Shown here: in pieces, positions 55,918 to 64,000 of the stretch | Layout: the number at the start of each line of letters is the position of its first letter | Position numbering within the stretch: the first letter of the stretch is position 1 | DNA from: Octopus vulgaris | Lineage: Eukaryota | Length of the DNA stretch: 64,000 nucleotides | Assembly (NCBI GenBank): GCA_951406725.2 | Contig: OX597815.1 | Location: 52,886,001 to 52,950,000, forward strand | Direction: 5' to 3' | Made by a program: the position numbers and the translations under genes | Notes under the pieces: model-generated | The model's database searches: none | What the model saw: the letters and a program-made list of their open reading frames with translations, nothing else | What the model was told of the DNA's origin: nothing

Positions 55918-55920
<3 letters not shown>
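55393..55920. mobile_element. Fold-back MITE (~525 bp, diverged inverted arms >200 bp)
   Basis: aaaagtgaccaagggtgcagggagc..agttagagactcttt pairs with aaagagtctctaactt..gctcccggcacccttagtcactttt. The inner part of the arms also matches. Confidence 0.8.
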
Positions 55921-55952
<32 letters not shown>

Positions 55953-55958
<6 letters not shown>

Positions 55959-56420
55959 TAATCCAAACGAGAAAACAGAAAAAACAACAACACAAGGAGG
56001 TGGAACAATTAAAGTATTATTATTAGGCGCTCAGGAAAAAGGGAAGAAGTGTATGTGTGGAAGTGTGTATGATGTTTCGAGCGGAGCTCTTCGTCGGAAA
56101 CATAAGAGAAAGAAAGATCCCGAGGCGGGCGGACGGAGGGAAAAAAAACGCGACTGGTTTTCACGATGTAAACATGCTGAAAGGCCTGAGGTCTTAGACG
56201 AGCGGGGACAGGTTTTCAAAGCCAGGAGAGCGGAAAAAGAAGGTGGGTAACAACTCGAGGAATGGGAAGAAGAAGGTGTGTATGTGAGTATGTGCGTGTG
56301 CGTGTGTGTATGTGTGTGTAAGGCGACGGCGAGTAGCGGGCAGCGGCCGTAACGATGTGCGAGAAAAAAAAATGTGTATATATTAGTGCGTGCGTCTGTG
56401 TGTAAGTGTGTGTACGTAGG
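55953..56420 (-). mobile_element. pLTR-like repeat with minimal HHR-like motif (56071-56100)
   Basis: Minus strand CCGACGA-A-GAGC-tcc-GCTC-GAAA-CA-TC, related to the 1-495 family. Confidence 0.55.
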
Positions 56421-56829
56421 GCGAAAGGTGGTGAACGTAGCAGTCGCAGGTCAGTGGTCAGTGGTAAAAGGAGTAAGGAGGGAATGTGTGCGTGCGTATG
56501 TACGTCCCGTGTGTGTGTTTAGTTGTAGTATGTGTGTGTCCGTGTGCGTTTGTTGTATGTATGGCAAGTAAATTTGAAGTGTGTGTAAGTGTATTGTATA
56601 TATATATATGCAAATGTATGTGTGTGAGTGCCTGCGAGTGTGTGTGTATGTGTGTGCGTGTGTGTACAAAAGGTAGGGGTATTATATGTGAGTGTATATA
56701 TATGCATGCAAGGAAACAAACTGCAACTGACGGAAAGATGGAAAAATGCTCCCGCGGTGACAGGCGTAAGAGAAACCCAAGAACACACTGGACCCAGATA
56801 CGAACACGAGATCTAGTCGGAACCCACGG

Positions 56830-58195
56830 GCGTGGTGCATGCATGTATGTATGCGTGCGCGAACGCGCACATGCATGTATGTGCGCGCGCCTGCGAGTGT
56901 GTGTGTAAGTATGTGTGTGTGTGTGGATGTGTGTGTGTGTGTATGTGTGTATGTCAGGGTGTCTGTGTGTCCGATTGAAAGTATGTAAGTATGTGTGTGT
57001 ATATGTGTGTGTATAGGTGTATGCCCGTGTGTATGTGTGTGTGTATGTGTGCGAGTGTGTATGTATGTATGTGTGTATGTGTGGAAGTGTGTGTATGTGC
57101 ATGTGTGTGCGCGTGCATGCGAGTATGTGAGTAAGTGTGTGTGTGTGTGTATGTGTGAGTGTGTATGTGTGTATGTCTGTGTGTATGTGTGTATGTGTAT
57201 GGGTGTATGTATGTATGTATGTGTGTGTGTATGTGTGGAAGTGTGTGTGTGTATGTATGTATGTATGTGTGTGTGTATGTATGTATGTGTACGTGCGTGT
57301 GTGTGTGTATGCATGTATGCGTACATGCGTGTAGGTGTGTGCGTGTGCATGCTTGCATGCGTGTGCGTATGTATGTGTGTGTGTGTGTGCATGTGTGTAA
57401 GTATATATGTATGTGCGTATATGTGTGTGTATGTGCATACATGTGTGTGTGTGTATGCATGTGTGTGTATGTAGGTGTGTAGGCGTGTGTGTATAGGTGT
57501 ATGTGTGTATGTATGTATGGGTGTGTGTCTGTGTATGTTTGTGTGTGTGTATGTATGTATGTATGTATGTATGGGTGAGGGTATGAGTGTATGTAAGTGT
57601 GTGTGTACGTATGTAATGTATGTATGTATGCGTGTGTGTGCGTGTGTATGGGTGTGTGTGTGTATGTAGGTGCGTATGTATGTGTGTGGGAGTGTAGGTA
57701 TGTGTGTGTGTGTATGTGTGCGTGTGCGTGTATATGTTGGTGTGTGTGTATGTGAGTATGAGTGTATGGGTGTGTGTCATGCATGTGTGTGCGCGTGCAG
57801 GCGAGTGTGTGTAAGTATGTGTGTGTGTATGTATGTGTGAGTGTGTATGTGTGTATGTCTGTGTGTATGTGTGTGCGTATAGGAGTATGTAAGTATGTGT
57901 GTGTGTATGTGTGTGTGTATGTGTGTGGGTGTATGTATGTATGTATGTGTGTATGTGTGTGTGCATGTGTGTATGTATATGTGTGTGTGCGTATATGTGT
58001 GTAGGCGTGTGTGTATAGGTGTATGTATGTATGGGTGTGTGTGTGTGTAGGTATGTATGTATGTATGAGTGAAGGTATGACTGTGTGTAGGTGTATGTAT
58101 GAATGTATGTAAGTGTGTGTGTGTACGTGTGTGATGTATGTATGTAGGTGTGTGTGTGATGTATGTATGTAGGTGTGTGTGTGTGTGTGTATGCG
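56830..58195. repeat. Long degenerate (TG/TA)n low-complexity tract with internal higher-order duplication
   Basis: gcatgtgtgtgcgcgtgca.gcgagt.. recurs at ~57099 and ~57781. Confidence 0.9.
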
Positions 58196-58464
58196 GGAGC
58201 AACTGCTGTTCGAAGCTTTATATTGTCGTGAATAGCTCGAAATGTGGAGTAGATGAACAGTCGACCAGTCATGAAGGGTCATTCTTTATGTTACTTGTCT
58301 TGTCTTCCATTTGTTACTCTCATTTTTCGCACACCCAGGATTGTCTTCGTGTTTCATGTTCTTTTCGTATTTCATGTTGTTTACATTTTGTGACGTCCAG
58401 TACCCATATATGCATGTGTACACATAAATATGTACATATATATGTATGTACATATATGTATATA

Positions 58465-58528
<64 letters not shown>

Positions 58529-58625
58529 ATATATATATATAACATATATATATATATACATATATATACATATATACATACATATATATATATATACATA
58601 TACAGACACACACATATATATATAT

Positions 58626-59165
<540 letters not shown>

Positions 59166-59192
59166 TAAATATATATATACATACATACATAC

Positions 59193-59226
<34 letters not shown>

Positions 59227-59736
59227 ATGAACACATTTATAGCTCTTGTTATATGTATAAATGCACACGAAAAAATACACACACATTCATTCGTACATGT
59301 ATGTACTGATACACGCACATATATGTGTTTTCCCTTTGACCTGCCATCTACACAAATGTCTTAAATTTAGTATCGTATTATTTTTTCCTTTCTCTTAATT
59401 TTTTAATCTCTTTTACAAAGGGTATCATCCCAAACGTTAAATTCATTTTTATCTTTTTTCCTTAGGCGTATTAACCATCATTGTACACTTGTTTGTTTTT
59501 ATTTTGTTCGCTCTATACTTCTACACTTTTACAGTCATGCGCTTTCGCTTGTCTCAATCTCTTTATATTCATTGATTTGCCTCCCCATTGCCTCATAATC
59601 TTACTGTTGCGTGATTTTTATCTCATTTAAAAAAAAAATATTTACGCCTTCGCAGAATACATCACTACTACTTCCTGGAATAACTATAACTGCCATTATA
59701 CATAAATACACATATGCATATACATACATACATACA

Positions 59737-59769
<33 letters not shown>

Positions 59770-61326
59770 GCATACATATATAAACAGATAAATATATATA
59801 TGAATATATGAGTATAAACACGCACACACACACACATATATATGTATAAATGTATGTGTGCATATATTTACATATACATACATATACATATATATACTTA
59901 TGTATATATAAATATACACGTATATACATATATATATATATATATACACACGTATGAATGTATGCATATATATACATCTTTATACGTATTGAGGAAAGAA
60001 AAGCGCCCTCAGTACATGTTATAGAGTTATTTTGTAATTTGTTGCTTATTCTTTGAACCCTAACGCAGAGTTCCAAGTACGTTAATGTATGTACAATATT
60101 TGGAGAATAATATACTTAAACGCATATGCAAACATATACACAAACATGCATATGCGCACAGATAAATCCACACATATATTTATATTATATAGCGGGAAAG
60201 GTGCAAAGCGTTATTTGAGAACTTTATTTTTATTTGCATACGAAATACAGAATCAATATATAAAACAGAGTTTGTATATTTTATTAGAAACAGAAGCCTC
60301 TTAAAATGCTATTGTGAATTTCACATTACATATTATTCAGGCGATTGACGAAGAAAGTAGTGTGACACTATATAAGCAAAAATATTCATAAAAAGCTTGA
60401 AATGTGATTAATCACCAATTAAGTGAGACATGGTTGTTGATGCAATTCTGGATTTGATGAATTTCTGGATGTTATTTTTCAATATGGCACCATTTTTACT
60501 GTGGGTAATAATCTATTTTTACTGGTGGATATGAACATGGATGGAAGTATATAAAAGAATCCATTAATATGTCCTTAAATTTGCAAAAGGCTTTCATTTA
60601 TGTTAATGTTTCTCTTATATATTCTCATGCTGTGTCCTTTCTTCATTCGTTTTCATAATCGATAAAATGTAACTTAAAGTAATCACTTCAGAAACATAGG
60701 TTTCTAATGGTGGTGATGATGATGATTAGTTTGAAATGAGTGTTTAGTAGACACAATGGGCCCCAGCACTTTATTTGTACCTTATCTTATTGACCAAGGA
60801 GGAATGAAAGGCAAAGATAACCACGGCAGAATATGAGCTCAGAATGTAAAAACCAGAATAAATATCGCAAAGCATTTTCCCGATGCATCGTAGTTACAAT
60901 TTTCATTCCGTGGAGATAATTTGTCACGCGTGTATCACTAGAAATCGCTGCTTAGTCACTACGCTGCTACTTTGGTTTTTGAAACATCGATTTAGTTGTC
61001 GTTTATATTACGCTAATCGTTGTTATTCCAGTCTGTGTTTGTACCAAAGAACAGCATTCAGTCAGCCATTTTTTTCTTAGATGAAGGTTTATCAGAACCC
61101 TAAATGCATCGCAGACTTTCCTCTGAAAGATTTCCGACATCCATCCAAGCATAGTATGGAAATAATATTTTACCGATACTGACAGTCTATGGACCAGCAC
61201 TCAGGCGTTACGCATGAAGGAGCCAGTTGCCCAGATTTTTATACACTCTCAATAAATTTTCCCGCCAGTAAAAAATATGCGATGAGTACACTGAAGATAA
61301 TCAAAGACTTCATTTCTATACACACA

Positions 61327-61403
<77 letters not shown>

Positions 61404-61803
61404 GTATGTTCGTCTGTATATGTGCAGGTATAAATATATATTTTAACATACATGCATATATATGTGTGTGTGTATACATTTATGTGTGTATGATTGCGTG
61501 TGTGTAGAGCTGTAATACTGAATAAAATCTTATAGAAAATGCTGGAAAAGTTGTGGACAGCTTCGAACGATATAGATAATGTTATGACATTATCTAAAGT
61601 GAACAGAAATGAAATAGAAAATCTGTTCATTCACATTTTTTGTCTGTTTTTCATAAATATGAATATTCCTGATATCGACACCTATTACGTATGTACATCA
61701 TTAGAAATGTTTATACGTGTGTTCCTATCTGCAAATTCGAATATATAATTATGTATGTGTAAGTATACATGTGGACATATATATGTATATATGTCTCGCT
61801 GCT

Positions 61804-61908
<105 letters not shown>

Positions 61909-62559
61909 GGTAAATTTATGTGTGTATATGTGAGATGTGTCATGTATATGAGTATGCAAGCATGTGAAATCTAACGATGGACTGAGATGTGACTTGTTCT
62001 CACTTCCTTTCGCGACAAGGAAGTGAAATGAATAGATAAATTGCGACCGGAACAACAGACAGACAGACTGTCATATAGATAGATACACAAAGGTATGGAG
62101 TGGTAGTTAGGTATAAAGACAAAAAGACAGATAGAAAAAGACAGAGAAAGCGAGATATATAAATTGAGAGAGAGAGAAAGAAGGAGAGAGAGAGAGAAAG
62201 CGGGAGAGAGAGAGAGAGAGACTCAGAGAAACACATTGTCAAATACATAGATGGGGAGACGGAGATTGTGATATCAATATCTAATGCTAAATAAGGAATA
62301 CTGACAGATATTTATGGGCATTTTGAGCTGCCGAGATGGATGTGGCAAGTCGCTAAAAGAGATTTTATGTGTGTGTGCGTGTACATATACTTTTTAGACT
62401 CATATTCTTTAACTGGTATAACTGGACTGCAGCCAATATGGTCATTGCTTGAAGGCTGTAAACATCATGTAATTATATTAAGCATAAATATATATTTTGT
62501 GAAATTTCTATAGCATTACAGTATGTAAAGATTTATAAGTTAATACCATTAACTGTTCG

Positions 62560-63290
62560 TTTCATTTACTTCAAGAAGATGATACATGAGCTAGATGTAG
62601 TGGGAGCTGGGTAGTGTGAACTTGCTATTTCGTCTGCATAATTTTTTATCCTCCACAAAATACTTGTTATTTTAGAGACTATTTCTATTTTCAGGCTCCT
62701 CATACGAGTTATCTCTATTTCTAGATCTTTATGTTTGAATAATTTCTCCATCTACTATAGAGATACATAATCGTCTGTTGGAACTGATATGTCAATTACA
62801 AGACATTTCTTTTCTTGATCGTCTTTGACAACACTGTCTGGTCGGTTAGCCTTTGTATGTGTATCCAAGTGTATTTTTATGTGTATCCAAGAAACTGCCT
62901 CATTTGCCATTCTCGGTGATCTTTTTGATGTAAACTACGTCTCTCCTGTTGGTATTTCAGCGAAATGGGATAGTTTCAAGTGTATCTAAGTCGCAGCTTG
63001 TCCATATCTGTGAATGTATTATTATTTGGCTAAGGCTGTGCAACAAAAAGTAATGTGGTTGTTTCTTTGTCACCTCCACATATTTTTCAGTAATATCTTG
63101 ATTTATTATATATCTTTAGTGATTTCTGATGGGGAAAGTTTTGTCCTCTTCCACAATATAAAAACCTCTTCAGTCTCTGCTTCTTAGTCAGCGCTGGGCC
63201 TTTTCTTCGAGTATGTCCGTGCCATTCAAATTTTCCAGTATTGGCCATGTACCAGCTATTCTTGCTATCGTTTTTTTAAAATCAAAGCAT
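62560..63290 (-). mobile_element. Decayed R4/Dong LINE fragment
   Basis: ETEEVF..KANRPDSVVKDDQERKCLVIDISVPTDDYVSIVEMEKLFKHKDLEIEITRM. Confidence 0.8.
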
Positions 63291-64000
63291 TCTATAGATC
63301 CCAAAGTAGGTTAGATTTGAGATGTTTTACGATTTGTTGCTCTTGTTGGGGTTAGTGCGGAGGATGGCGAAATCGTTCGTGTTGGACAAAATGCTATGCG
63401 GTATTTCTTCTGCCTCTTTAGACTCTGGTTTCAGATCCCGTCAAAGTCGAGTTTACTTTTCACCTTTCCAAGGTCGATAAAATAAACTGCCACTGAGGTA
63501 CAGAATAGCGTCGACTAACTCCTTCTTTAAAAAATTACTGGCATCTTTACTCGATCAGAAACCATTATTATTACTAAAGAGCGCCAATGTGTTTGAATTA
63601 AATTCTAACAAACAACTAGAAATTCTAACAAACAACTAGCTAACAAAAATATAGAAAACTGTAATCATTGATTCTCTAAATTATATCTTTCGACCTTTGG
63701 CGATAAATTCGACTGCTAGGTCAAACGCATACACGTTGTCGGTCCGTTAACACGACTTTTCGTTCAATATCTTAAATGTAATTCTTTCTGAAACATTTTC
63801 TCTTATCAGCACCGTTCAAAGACAAAGTGTTTTCAGACTCCCGACTTAAAAGTTTCGTGATCAAGAAGACTATAAGCTTACAGACAATTAAATATAATTT
63901 AATTTTTACGTTAAAATAATTCAAATAATTTCGTAGTTTATTTCTGTACTTTCTAATCACTCTCTCTACCCCCTCTCTCTCTCTCTTTCTATAACTATAT

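Noticed and set aside
56458-58282. 604-aa and 442-aa His/Thr-rich ORFs
   Set aside because: These are translations of degenerate (CA/TA)n tracts that lack stop codons by composition. The same applies to the many [12 protein letters not shown] and poly-I/N ORFs.

Overview
AT-rich, microsatellite-saturated animal non-coding DNA. The SINE families are those typical of Octopus, so the source is probably an octopod cephalopod (inferred by recognition). I cannot support any intact host gene, and most ORFs in the track are microsatellite artefacts. The window is a mosaic of tRNA-derived SINEs and decayed transposons: a CR1/L2-group LINE, R4/Dong LINEs in (TAA)n, Penelope-like RT and GIY-YIG pieces, Tigger and mariner fragments, Helitrons and MITEs. 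The unexplained signal is an unusually high density of hammerhead-ribozyme (HHR) motifs, about 20 intact or decayed, mostly in (TA)n-flanked non-coding elements. Three cases stand out. (1) A near-identical ~546-bp x2.8 tandem array has one type I HHR per unit and rod-like minus-strand folding, resembling a retrozyme. (2) A second HHR repeat of ~366 nt carries the compensated U3-A8 core. It was hit twice at the same site by an ORF1(gag)-only Tx1-like element, and one of those copies contains a poly(A) retro-insertion. (3) A 627-bp apparently perfect inverted repeat has an HHR in each arm. All RNA structures were paired by eye and are untested.
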